From Octopus sinensis (Eukaryota), in assembly GCF_006345805.1 (NCBI RefSeq), contig NC_042999.1, forward strand, positions 23,126,001 to 23,190,000: a stretch of 64,000 nt of DNA. Reading direction: 5' to 3'. A program made the position numbers and the translations under genes. Shown piece by piece: positions 52,733 through 64,000 of the stretch. Position 1 is the first letter of the stretch; each line of letters starts with the position of its first letter. The notes under the pieces are model-generated. The model was not told the DNA's origin, searched no databases, and saw only the letters and a list, made by a program, of their open reading frames with translations.

Positions 52733-53043
52733 ATGGAGGCACATGGCCTAGTGGTTAGAGCAGCGGGCTCACAGTTGAGGGATCGCGGGTTCGAATCTCA
52801 GACCGGTAATGTGTGTGTTTATGAGCGAAACACCTAAGCTCCACATGGCTCCGGCAGAAGGTAATGGTGAACTTCTGCTGACTCTTTCGCCATAACTTTC
52901 TCTCACTCTTTCCTCCTGCATCTTGCAGGTCACCTGCGACGGACCGGCGTCCCATCCAGGTGGGGAACTTATACGCCAAGGAAACCGGGAAACCGGCCCT
53001 TATGAGCCAGGTGTGGCTCGAGAAGGAACAAACAACAAACAAT
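52733..53043 (+). mobile_element. tRNA-derived SINE family D; also 35829-36120(+), with related heads at 24000-24390(-) and 29540-29665(-)
   Basis: TGGCCTAGTGG A box, GGTTCGAATC B box, body shared between copies. Confidence 0.85.
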
Positions 53044-53650
53044 ACTTTTTACAGTGGCAATAAAGTAATGAAAGATTGAGATCACCCTAACTGGATATGA
53101 ACCCAGAAATTATGTACTGCAGAGCTTTTGGCCTGATGCTTTCTGTATCCTCAAGGCTGCCTATATCAAAAGTTGCTTCCATTCCACAACAGCTTCCCAA
53201 TACAAGCCACAATGTTCTTTACCATCCATAAAGTGAACTATATCAGCTCTTTCATGTTTTACAACGCAAACACACGGACACACATGTTTAAACACTCACA
53301 CATACATATATTCATCTATACATATTTTAATATATATATATATATATATATACATAGACACATACACATATGCATTCTTTTACTCGTTTACTTGTTTCAG
53401 TCATTTGACTATGCCCATGCTGGAGCACTGCTTGTAACATGTATGTATATATATATATACATATATATATATATACAGGTACATGTATGTCTATATATAC
53501 ATATATATCCACACACACATATATATGTATGTGTACATATATATATATATACATACATATATACACACACATATACATATGTATGTATTATATACATATG
53601 TATGTATGTATATATGTGTTATATATATACATATATACATATATATATAT

Positions 53651-53684
<34 letters not shown>

Positions 53685-53712
53685 ATATCTATATGTATAT
53701 ATACATATATAC

Positions 53713-53749
<37 letters not shown>

Positions 53750-54971
53750 ATATACATATATATATATGTATGTATATATACATATACATATATATGTATG
53801 TATATATACATATACATATATATGTATGTATATATACATATGCATATATATATATATGTATATATACATATGCATATATATGTATATATACATATGCATA
53901 ATATATATATATATATATATATATACACTTATACACACATACACATTTATACACACCTTTATACACATAATTACAATAATTACATTCACATACACATACA
54001 TGATGTACATGCATTATATACATATTATATACATATACATAAATACATATACATATATACATATACATACATATATATATATATGTGTGTGTGTATGTAT
54101 TTGAACTCTTATTGTCTTTACAGCACTCCTTTCCTAACATTAATTAATTTTAGCTTTTTATAAACAAATTTATTTCATCCATTTAATGTTTGTCTATTGA
54201 TCCATATCTAAAGCTTGTATCAAAACTGCTTAAAATTGCTGCCAGAATTGGAATTACAAAATTCTATAAAGATGCTTAAATATCTATGAATGCCAGTCTA
54301 TAAAAGGAATCAAAGAAATTTTTCAACACATTTCTTTGGAATTAATATATTCTCTTTGTTATCTTTACAAACGATATGTAATTCAAAAGTTTCTTTTTGA
54401 AGTGGAATATAATTAAATTTAGATGTTCCTAATCCAAAAATTACACCTTTGTTTTTGTTTTGTTTTTTTTAATTTTTTTCCAATGCCTCATCCTTTCACT
54501 TATTGTATTTAAGATTGATAAGTGGAGGAATGTCTTTTTTGATTTATAGTTTTTTTTGTTTTTTATCTTTTACTTGTTTCAGTCATCAGACTGTGCCCAT
54601 GCTGGGGCGCTGTCTTGAAATATTTTACTTGAATAAATCAATCCCAGTACTTACTTTTTTTAAAACTTGGTAATTTATTCTATTCGTTGTCTTTTGCCAA
54701 AGCAATAAGTTGCAGGGACGTAAACACACCAACACCAGTTAACAAGCAGTGGGGGAGGGGAACAAAGACACATCCACTACCTATCTATATCTGTTTATAT
54801 ATATATATACACACACAAACACACACACACATATATATATATACACACACACACACAACACACTCTTTTACTTGTTTCAGTCATTGCCCAAGGTGCCACA
54901 CAGTGGGACTGAATCCGGAACCATGTGGCTTGTAAGCAAGCTACTTACCACACAGCCACTCCTACGCCTAC

Positions 54972-55012
<41 letters not shown>

Positions 55013-56651
55013 TACCATAAAAACCCATGTAATGTGTGCACCTGTGTAATTTACGCAGGTGATTTCCAAGATAAAAATTGTTAAAAAAATCTTCTACTCA
55101 TGTAAAATTTGCACCCAAAAGTCTTCAGAATTGCCGATTTGGCCAGCAGGGGAAAGGATTTTCAATTTAGTTGTATTTAGCATAATTTCACTTACTTATG
55201 ATAAGATTTTATTAAATTTTCATGAAATAAAAATAATTTCTGTTTAACAGGTATCACATTAAAAGCTATTAAATTACAAAGTGCTTGTGTTGTCTTCTAT
55301 ATGAATAAAATCCATTTTTCTTACTTGGTATACCCTCCCTTTCCCTTGATGATGTCAGTCTGTTTTACTCACTCACTATACCCTCCTCTTCCCTCAATGT
55401 TAGCGTGCCAATAAAAAAAGCAAATGAAAAATATGACACTGATTGTCTGCTGATATCTGTGTGTGTGTGTGTGGTGTGTATATGTAACTGTATGAGACTA
55501 TGTATTTAAGTATTTGTATGTAACTATGACTATATATAGGACTATATATATATAACTATATATATATGACTATATATATATATAACTATGACTATATATA
55601 TATAAACCAATCCTATGACTGGCACCCGGCAGATGCCAGGACCCCTGGACTGGAGATACGTAAAAAGCACTATCCGAATCGTGGCCGATACCAGCGCCGC
55701 CTCGACTGGCTTCCGTGTCGGTGGCACGTAAAAAGCACCATCCAAATCGTGGCCGAAGCCAGTGCCACTTCGACTGGCTTCTGTGCAGGTGGCACGTAAA
55801 ATGCACCAATCCGACCGTGGCCGATGCCAGCATCGCCTGGCACCAGTGCAGGTGGCACGTAAAAAGCACCCACTACACTCACGGAGTGGTTGGCGTTAGG
55901 AAGGGCATCAAGCTGTAGAAACATTGCCAGATAAGACCGGAGCCTGGTGCAGCCTTCTGGCTTCCCAGACCCCTGTCAAACCGTCCAACCCATGCTAGCA
56001 TGGAGAACGGACGTTAAACGATGATGATGATGATGATATATTTCTATATACACATGTATATATACATATATATGCACATGTGTGCTTCCCTTTCTTTCTC
56101 ACATACACTCACAGACGAGTGCACACAGGAAAAGTTGTTAAGAATTATCAACAAAAACAAAAGCTGATAAATATGCACCAGTATTGCAAATTAAGTTCAA
56201 TTACCAATAAATATCAGCTTGGATGACACTTTACTCAACCGAATGAAATATGTAAAATATGGCCCGGACTGTCATTACCAGCATGTACATCAGACTTTAA
56301 AAAGTAGTTTACCATTTAATGGTTTTAGTAAATTTATACAGTAAAAGTAAGCATTATACTGCCCATCATAAATAAAAGTCAACTTCATTATATTTAGGCC
56401 CATTAAATGAGTCAACTTCCGGTACAAATGTTTGTTTCTTTGTATATCTTTTTTCAACAAAAAAAATTCTAAAAACATTCTGTAAACGATCAGTAGTGGC
56501 TGTGTGGTAAGTAGCTTGCTTACCAACCACATGGTTCCGGGTTCAGTCCCACTGCCTGGCATCTTGGGCAAGTGTCTTTTGCTATAGCCCTGAACCGAAA
56601 AATGCCTTGTGAGTGGATTTGGTAGCCGGAAACTGAAAGAAGCCTGTCATA

Positions 56652-56689
<38 letters not shown>

Positions 56690-57637
56690 CATCATCATCC
56701 TCATTTAACGTCCGCTTTCCATGCTAGCATGGGTTGGACGGTTCAACTGGAGTCTGGGGAGCCCGAAGGCTGCACCAGGCCAGTCAGATCTGGCAGTGTT
56801 TCTACAGCTGGATGCCCTTCCTAACGCCAACCACTCCGAGAGTGTAGTGGGTGATTTTATGTGCCACCGACACAGGTATATATGTATGTGTGTGTATATG
56901 TTTGTGTGTCTGTGTTTGTCCCCCTAGCACTGCCTGACAACCGATGCTGGTATGTTTACGTCCCCGTCACTTAGCGGTTCGGCAAAAAGAGACCGATAGA
57001 ATAAGTACTAGGCTTACAAAGAATAAGTCCCAGGATCAATTTGCTCGACTAAAGGCGGTGCTCCAGCATGGCCGCAGTCAAATGACTGAAACAAGTAAAA
57101 GAGAAAGAGTAAGAGATCTACTCATGTAATTTACACCCCACCCTAAAGTTTATTTTTATTTTTGTGAAAAAAGTGATTAAATTACACGTGTCTTTATGGT
57201 ATATACATATATATATATCTCTTTTACTTGTTTCAGTCATTTGACTGCGGCCATGCTGGAGCACCACCTTCAGTTGAGCAAATGGACCCCAGGACTTATT
57301 CCTTGTAAGCCTAGTACTTATTCTATCGGTCTTTTTTGCTGAACCGCTAAGTTACGGGGATGTAAACACACCAGCATCGGTTGTCAAGCAATGTTGGGGG
57401 GACAAGCACAGACACACAAACGTATACATACACACACATATATATATATATTCATATATACGACAGGCTTCTTTCAGTTTCCGTCTACCAAATCCACTCA
57501 CAAGGCTTTGGTCGGCCTGAGGCTATAGTAGAAGACACTTGCCCAAGGTGCCATGCAGTGGGATTGAACCCGGAACCATGTGGTAGGTAAGCAAGCTACT
57601 TACCACACAGCCACTCCTATGCCTATATATATATATT

Positions 57638-57723
<86 letters not shown>

Positions 57724-59306
57724 GTTTTCCGATTCAAAATTTTAGTTCATTACAAAATCTCGCTAAGATAAGTATATATTTATATTTAAGATCTTTAAAT
57801 TTTAATATTATAAGTCTTATGGTATAATATAATATTATTGTTTTTTTATGCATATATCGTTGTTTATCCAATTATCGTAATTTTCTATATAATTATTAGA
57901 TATTAACTTTAAGTTTATTCGTAAGAATTTACTTAGCTATAGATATGTTGTTTGATAGCAAGTGTATGAGTTTGTATAAGTTAGATTCATGTATATACAT
58001 GTATTAATAGCATTAATTGTAGTTTTAAATTTCTTATAATTATTATTTTAACTTATATATGTCTTTTTAAATTGCTATTTGCTAGTTACATTATTCCCAT
58101 TGATAAATATTATAGTATTTATTTGTTACTATATAATACGAATTGATTATTTCTTTCAGTACTTTAAAGATAAGATTTTTGAAAGTTATTATTATTTAGC
58201 CAAAGAGATAAAGATAGTTAATTTACTATAGCGTTCATTTAAGATGGCTTATTTGTATTTTGAAATTAGCTATTTCATCTTTAAATATGAAAAATTAATT
58301 TATTAGGTCTTTATTATATGTGCATATATATTTATATAGAGATTATTTAGATCTTAATTATTATTTATATACATTTATATATTTTCATTGATAATTTATA
58401 TATTATTTAAATTTTATATTTAATATATGAATAATCATTGTTTTGTGTAAAATATTTATGTAATTAGATATTGACTATTACTGATATTAGATTATTGGTG
58501 GGTTTCTTACCTTAAAAATTAAAATTAATATTTAACATTATAATCGTTGTTTTGACATAATCATAATCGTTAAGTTTCTAGTTTGATAATAGAGTTTTTT
58601 ATAAAAAAATTTATTATATTATTTATTTCTTAAAAAATATTGTTTAAATATTTTTGATTATTTATTAAAATATTACAATTAACCTGAAGATTGACTGTAA
58701 TCATAACTCGAATTATTAATTGAATTTAAATTATTGTTATTCGAATTGGTTACAGGCATGAAACGATCGTAGTGTTTTTACTCTTTATCTTATTAAACTT
58801 TTAATACTTTTTGATAGTTTATAAAAAATAAATAAATAGATAAATAAATAAATAAATATAAAAATATAAAAAATATAAAAATATAAACAAAAAAAAAAAA
58901 AATATTAAAAAATATTAATTTAAATAAATTTTAAAAATTTTAACTTAATTTAAATATTTTAATTGAATTTTTATATTTATATTTTATATTTTTATATATT
59001 TTTAATTAATTTATTTCATGTATTGGCTTATGATTTTTTGCTGTTTGATTTGCCTAGTAGTGGTTCTATCTCTAATTAATATAACATATATATTATATAT
59101 ATATATAATATATATATATATATAATATCAAATCATCATCGTCGTTTTAACGTCCGTTCTCCATGCTAGCATGGGTTGGACGGTTCGACCGGGGTTCTGG
59201 GAGCCAGAAGGCTGCACCAGGCTCCAGTCTAATTTGGCAATGTTTCTACAGCTGGATGCCCTTCTAACGCCAACCACTTTTTTTTCATATATATATATAT
59301 ATATAT

Positions 59307-60769
59307 GATTGATTGATTGATTGATTCTAGTTTCAGCTTATGAGCTGTGGCCATGCTGGGGCACAGCCATTGGTGTTGCTACGGTTTCACTTCATGGAGG
59401 CTTTCTAGCAACTGCTATTTGGTGCATGAGAGAGTTCGATGCAGCTGCCCTCATCTGCCCCTCCTGCCGTGAAGTGGTTCATCTGGGACACCTGACAGGA
59501 AGAGATCCAGCTTCATTTTAAAGACATCTGTATCCACCCCATGCAGGTCTCTCAGGTTCTTCGGGAGGATATTGAAGAGCTGTGGGCCTCGGAAGCCCAG
59601 GCTATTACAGAATCTTGTCCTACATCTTGATGGCAGGTTTGGAGTCCTAGGCACCACGCAGTGGCGCCCAGTTCTGGCATTTGCGTAACTCTCGATGCCA
59701 AAGTTCAAGACACTTCCCTCCAGGATCTTCCAGATGTATATTATGGCATATCTTTCCCGCCTACGCTCCAGAGAATATAATTTTATCTCTGAGTCTTTCC
59801 CAGTAGCTTACATTCTGCATAGAGGCTATCTTCTTGTGTAGCTTCGTTGGATCGCCTCAAGTTCTGTGATCAACTTGACACTGGATGGTGACCATAGCTG
59901 AGAGCAATAGTCAAAGTGGCTTAGGACAAGTGTCTTCCAGAGGACCATCATGGTTTTTTGTTCTCTTGTTCTAAAGGTTCTAAGAATCCATCCAGCCAGC
60001 CGTCTACATTTCATTGTCAGTTTAGCAACATGTACATGAAAGGTCGCGTCATCACTCATGTGAATACCAGGTCACGCACTGATTGTGCCTCTGGGATTGC
60101 AATCCCTCCGGGTCCAGTGTATTCATGGGTTTGCATTCAGTTTTGCATGCTGATAGTATAAAGCTTGAAACTTTCCAGCATTGAACTGCATGCTATTCTT
60201 TTCAGCCCACTTGTATATTTCGTCCAGCTCACATTGCAGGTGTTTAGTGTCCTCAGGGTTCTGTATTGCCTGTGAAACTTTTGTATCATCTGCATAACTT
60301 GTGATCGTGGCTCTCTGCGTGGCTGAGGGCATGTCTGAGAGGGCCATTATGAAGAGTAGTGGTCCCGAACAGTGCCCTGCGGAACACTGCTCACTATTTG
60401 TGTGTTAATGGAGGTGGCCCCATTGGCTACTACCACCTGACTTCTATCCTTCAGAAAGTCATGAAGCCATTCTCCCAGTTTTCCAACTATGTTGAGATCA
60501 CGCAGTTTGTGACATATCATTCCATGATCGGCTTTATCAAAGGCCTTTGCAAAGTCGAGATATATCACTTCCCACATTTGAGTGGTTGAGCAGCCGTTTC
60601 AGCACCCAGTCAAGTGTTGTGTAGGAGCTGAGTTAAACAGCTTCTCCCTGGTCGGAAACCATGTTGGGTGTCGGGCAGCAAGTCATTCTCTTCAAGGAAG
60701 CTTGATCAGCTCCTTCTGACTATTCGTTCCATGACCTTGCTGATGTGTGAGGTCAGAGAGATAGGTCTA
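59307..60769 (-). mobile_element. CR1/L2-type LINE, 3' (sense) part: RT domain, 3' end and (AATC)n tail
   Basis: RPISLTSHISKVMERI, YLDFAKAFDK, VPQGTV, YADDTKV, LVLSHFDYCSQLWSP; frameshifted; (GATT)n on + strand at 59307-59326. Confidence 0.9.
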
Positions 60770-60770
60770 A

Positions 60771-61411
60771 TTTTCAAATCGCCTAAACAAACAGATTGAA
60801 AGCAGTGAAAAGTCCCGCCTAAAAATAAAACTGTTGGAAATCGAAAATGTCTGCAACTCTCCCACACAAAAAGAAAGAGCAGACAAAGAAGCCTGGGCTA
60901 TAGAAAACATAAAATCTAACCCCGAGCTTTCTCTACAGTATGCCAAAAACAGCTACAGTGCACTGTAGAATAGGGCCACTCCTCGAAAAGGATGGCACAC
61001 TTACAGGAAAACCAATGAGGGTAAGTGAAATACTGAATGAGCATTCAAGAGTGTTTTCACTCCACCCCTTGGGCATCTCCAAATCACCAATCCAACTGAC
61101 TTTTTTACCCACTGCAGATATAAAATCAGAGGCGGCGACGATAGATTACATCGATATAAAGGAAGATGATGTAACCAAGGCTATAGATGAAATGAAAACA
61201 GACTCAGCTACTGGCCCCGATGGATTCCGGCAATCCTCCTAAAAGCCTGTAGAGAGTCCTAGCAAGACCACTGCAGTTCCTCTTTCAGAGCTTCCTTGCA
61301 GCTGGCAAACTTCCAGGAAAACTGAAGGAAGGTAAAATATGCCCCATTCATAAAGGAGGTAGCAGAGCGAAGCCAAGAACTATAGACCTATCTCTCTGAC
61401 CTCACACATCA
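60771..61411 (+). mobile_element. Inverted 5' segment of the same CR1/L2-type LINE
   Basis: Plus strand reads AIENIKSNP...KAIDEMKTDSATGPDG...PIHKGGSRAEAKNYRPISLTSHI, the region directly upstream of the minus-strand part. Confidence 0.88.
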
Positions 61412-61826
61412 CACATATATATATAAAAGAAGAAAATGGAGATTATGAAGTTAATAATTGTTTATTATTAACAGTAAATTAGTCATCTTCATTTACAGCC
61501 GTTTCAATTAATTCTCAATAAACATTAAATTTATGCAACATGAGCATAATATCATCAGAGGAAAGGAAAAAAGAAGTACCTTTGGATGCTATATGTGTGT
61601 TTATGTTTTTATAGAGAGAGACATTACATAAAGAGAAATATGGTCATACACATAGAGAGAGAGAGAGAGAGAGAGGAGTGGGAAAGAAGGAGAGAAAAAT
61701 TAGAATAAAAGAAACATTAAGATGTCTAATGTCAAATAAGTCAGCATCAAATCAGCGACACCAAATAGGCAGTGCCAAAACAGCTGTGCCAAAATGTCTC
61801 GTACCTTGAGAAGTAATGCATTAGAG

Positions 61827-62137
61827 CAGTAGTCCCCAAAGTGAGCAGTTTTGTTCCCCTGGGGGGGCAGTGGAATGTTCCGAGGGAGTGTTGAAGAAAA
61901 GTGGGGTGAGAATGGGGTAGCAATTCATGTAAAAATTGGGGCGATAATGGGGTGGAGATTCATGTAAAAACAACAAAATAATGGGTCCCTGAGATTAAGT
62001 TTTATTTGTGAAATACAGTTGCTTTGAATTTGCTTCAGAAAGGGGTCTGCGTTTGTGATGGTTAGTTGGGGTGGGGTGCTAGGAATGTGGCCTGTGTGTC
62101 AAGGGGTCAGCAGCCCTAAAAAGTTTGGGAACCACTG
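61827..62137. mobile_element. Non-autonomous hAT (Charlie-like) MITE
   Basis: Perfect 8-bp TSD CATTAGAG (61819-61826 and 62138-62145); TIRs CAGTAGTCCCCAAA / TTTGGGAACCACTG. Confidence 0.92.
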
Positions 62138-62272
62138 CATTAGAGGGTGACCAAGAAACAGAGAAGTAATTTCTGGAATAGATACAGAAGAGAGAGGGGG
62201 GAGAGAGAGTAAGAGAGAGAGAGAGGAGGAGGGAGAGAGAGAGAGAGAGTAAGAAATAAAGTGTTAACCTAC

Positions 62273-62368
62273 ATTGCCAGTTTGGGCATCAAACAGGTGT
62301 ACCACACCATCTTCGCATCCGCAAGCCAAAAGAGAGTTATCAGATGACAGAGCAACACAGGTAGGATT
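62273..62368 (-). CDS. TEP1: TEP1-like WD40 exon (first in window), NPTCVALSSDNSLLACGCEDGVVHLFDAQTGN, phase 0->0
   Basis: Acceptor TTTCTGATTTCAG, donor GTAGGT, 96 nt, open frame, WD40 pattern. Resembles recalled human TEP1 SPTAVAFSTNGQRAAVGTANGTVYLLDLRT. Gene name needs BLAST confirmation. Confidence 0.85.
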
Positions 62369-62702
62369 CTGAAATCAGAAAAAATTTACTTATTAAACAA
62401 AGTGGTTATTAAAATCAAAAAGATATCAAATGGTGGCCACGTTACTCGTTAAAAACATAAATGCATTCAATTTTAGCTTACTAATAGTCAGCAGTAGTAG
62501 TAGTAGTAGTAGTAATAGTAGTAATAGCTTTTCTAATTTTGGTGCAATATTGAAGGGAGTGGGTTAAGGTGGTTATATTGACACACACAATAAACACACC
62601 TAGTGCTCAACTGGTACTTATTTTATCAACTCTGAAAGGATGAAAAGCATTGTTGACCTCAGCATTTTATTCGACGTGCTAACAATTCTGTCAGTCCATC
62701 AC

Positions 62703-62736
<34 letters not shown>

Positions 62737-64000
62737 GAGATTGTGCTGACAAGCACTGCCCACATCCTTAGAAAAACCCTATCCATGTCTGTGTTGTATT
62801 ATATGAAGATATTTCGCTACCTCCCCTCCTCATACTGTAACATTTTTTATCCTTCACTTGCCCCGGGACACTGGGTGTGTATCGACAAGTGACTGTAACA
62901 AACATGCAGATTAAAAGTAAATAATAATAATAATAACAATAATAATAATAATAACCACCACCATAATCATCATTATTATTTATAGTCTGTTTTCCCTTGC
63001 TGACATGGTTTCAACAAGAACTGGCAAGCTGGAGAGCTACACCAGGTTCCAAATACCAATCACTTTGCAGAGTGTACTGGGTGCCTTTTTTTACAGGGCA
63101 CAGAAGGTAATATATTAGCAATGTTGGTATAAAATACATTAGTCATTTTCTTTGTAAAAATTCATAAAATCTGTCTTCACGAGACCATAGGATGATAAGG
63201 TTAATGTTTTATACTAGGTGTTTTAAGATTAAAATGATCTCTGTTGGGGATGGATTTTTTTCAGGGTCAAATTCTATTCTATCTACCATTCTATGGTAAC
63301 TGGCTAAAATCTTTGAAGGCATTGCCTGGATCTGACCACAGTCCAATGGTGAAGCCTCATACCGGTGGCACATAAAAGCACCCACTACACTCTCGGAGTG
63401 GTTGGCGTTAGGAAGGGCATCCAGCTGTAGAAACTCTGCCAGATCAGATTGGAGTCTGGTGCAGCCATCTGGTTCACCAGTCCTCAGTCAAATTGTCCAA
63501 CCCATGCTAGCTTGGAAAGCAGATGTTAAACGATGATGATAATGATGATGAATTAATTATTAATTTAAATGTAATGAATAGTGGTTCGCTAGACCTCAGT
63601 CATCGTCCAACCCATGCTTGCTTGGAAAGCGGACGTTAAACGATGATGATGATAATGATGATACATGTTGTGCGCTGGAGTTGAACTGACAACACTGTAT
63701 TTTAATTTTCTCTAATTTTTTGTAAAACCCCAAGTTTTAGGTGCATATTCCTTCTCTCTTTTTCTGCTTTGATTTTTTTTCTTTTCTTTGTTCATCCTAA
63801 CACAACTTTAAGGTCTATAAAAACATGTTTTACATTTTCTGAAACTAACACAGTTTATCTTATTAAATTAAACTTTTTAATTCACTTTCAATTTGATTGT
63901 TTATGTTTTTACATCCTGTCATTCCTAACAAAATTTACAAAAAATATTTATTTACCAATTAATTTAATTTTTGACAATTTCACCAAGTTTATGATAAATT

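Noticed and set aside
52733-52810. tRNA gene calls for SINE heads (A/B boxes, GGTTCGAATC)
   Set aside because: They continue directly into multi-copy SINE bodies and do not form a full cloverleaf.
43-54163. Dozens of ORFs rich in Y/I/H/T/C/V/M (e.g. 19813-21078, 53439-54104, 36818-37405, 6837-7256)
   Set aside because: They are translations of TA/CA/GGT/AAT microsatellites, which lack stops by chance; there is no domain content.
57721-59100. Mitochondrial insertion (NUMT) call
   Set aside because: I recognised no mitochondrial gene, rRNA or tRNA motif; AT-richness alone is insufficient.

Overview
Repeat-dense, AT-rich animal genomic DNA; the SINE/LINE families and microsatellite load suggest a coleoid cephalopod such as Octopus (inference). 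The whole window lies inside one minus-strand gene that the ORF track misses. I hand-spliced 10 phase-compatible GT-AG exons (62368-62273, 49250-49126, 47054-46905, 45354-45249, 39677-39558, 35342-35244, 32108-31961, 29937-29831, 24722-24571, 6588-6489; 1203 nt, 401 codons, no stops). They encode tandem WD40 repeats that align, from memory, with the WD40 region of TEP1 (telomerase/vault-associated protein 1). The gene runs off both ends of the window. An extra in-frame 72-nt exon candidate lies at 15782-15711. The introns hold a near-full-length RTE LINE with a PHD-like finger and a 3'UTR VNTR, about 15 short RTE 3' ends, a CR1/L2-type LINE with a 5' inversion, several tRNA-derived SINE families (one as TSD-flanked dimers), a Helitron, hAT and Tc1-like MITEs, long fold-back elements, and Penelope-type fragments with minimal hammerhead ribozyme motifs. 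Nearly all ORF-track entries are microsatellite artefacts. No tRNA/rRNA genes or CRISPR arrays were found.
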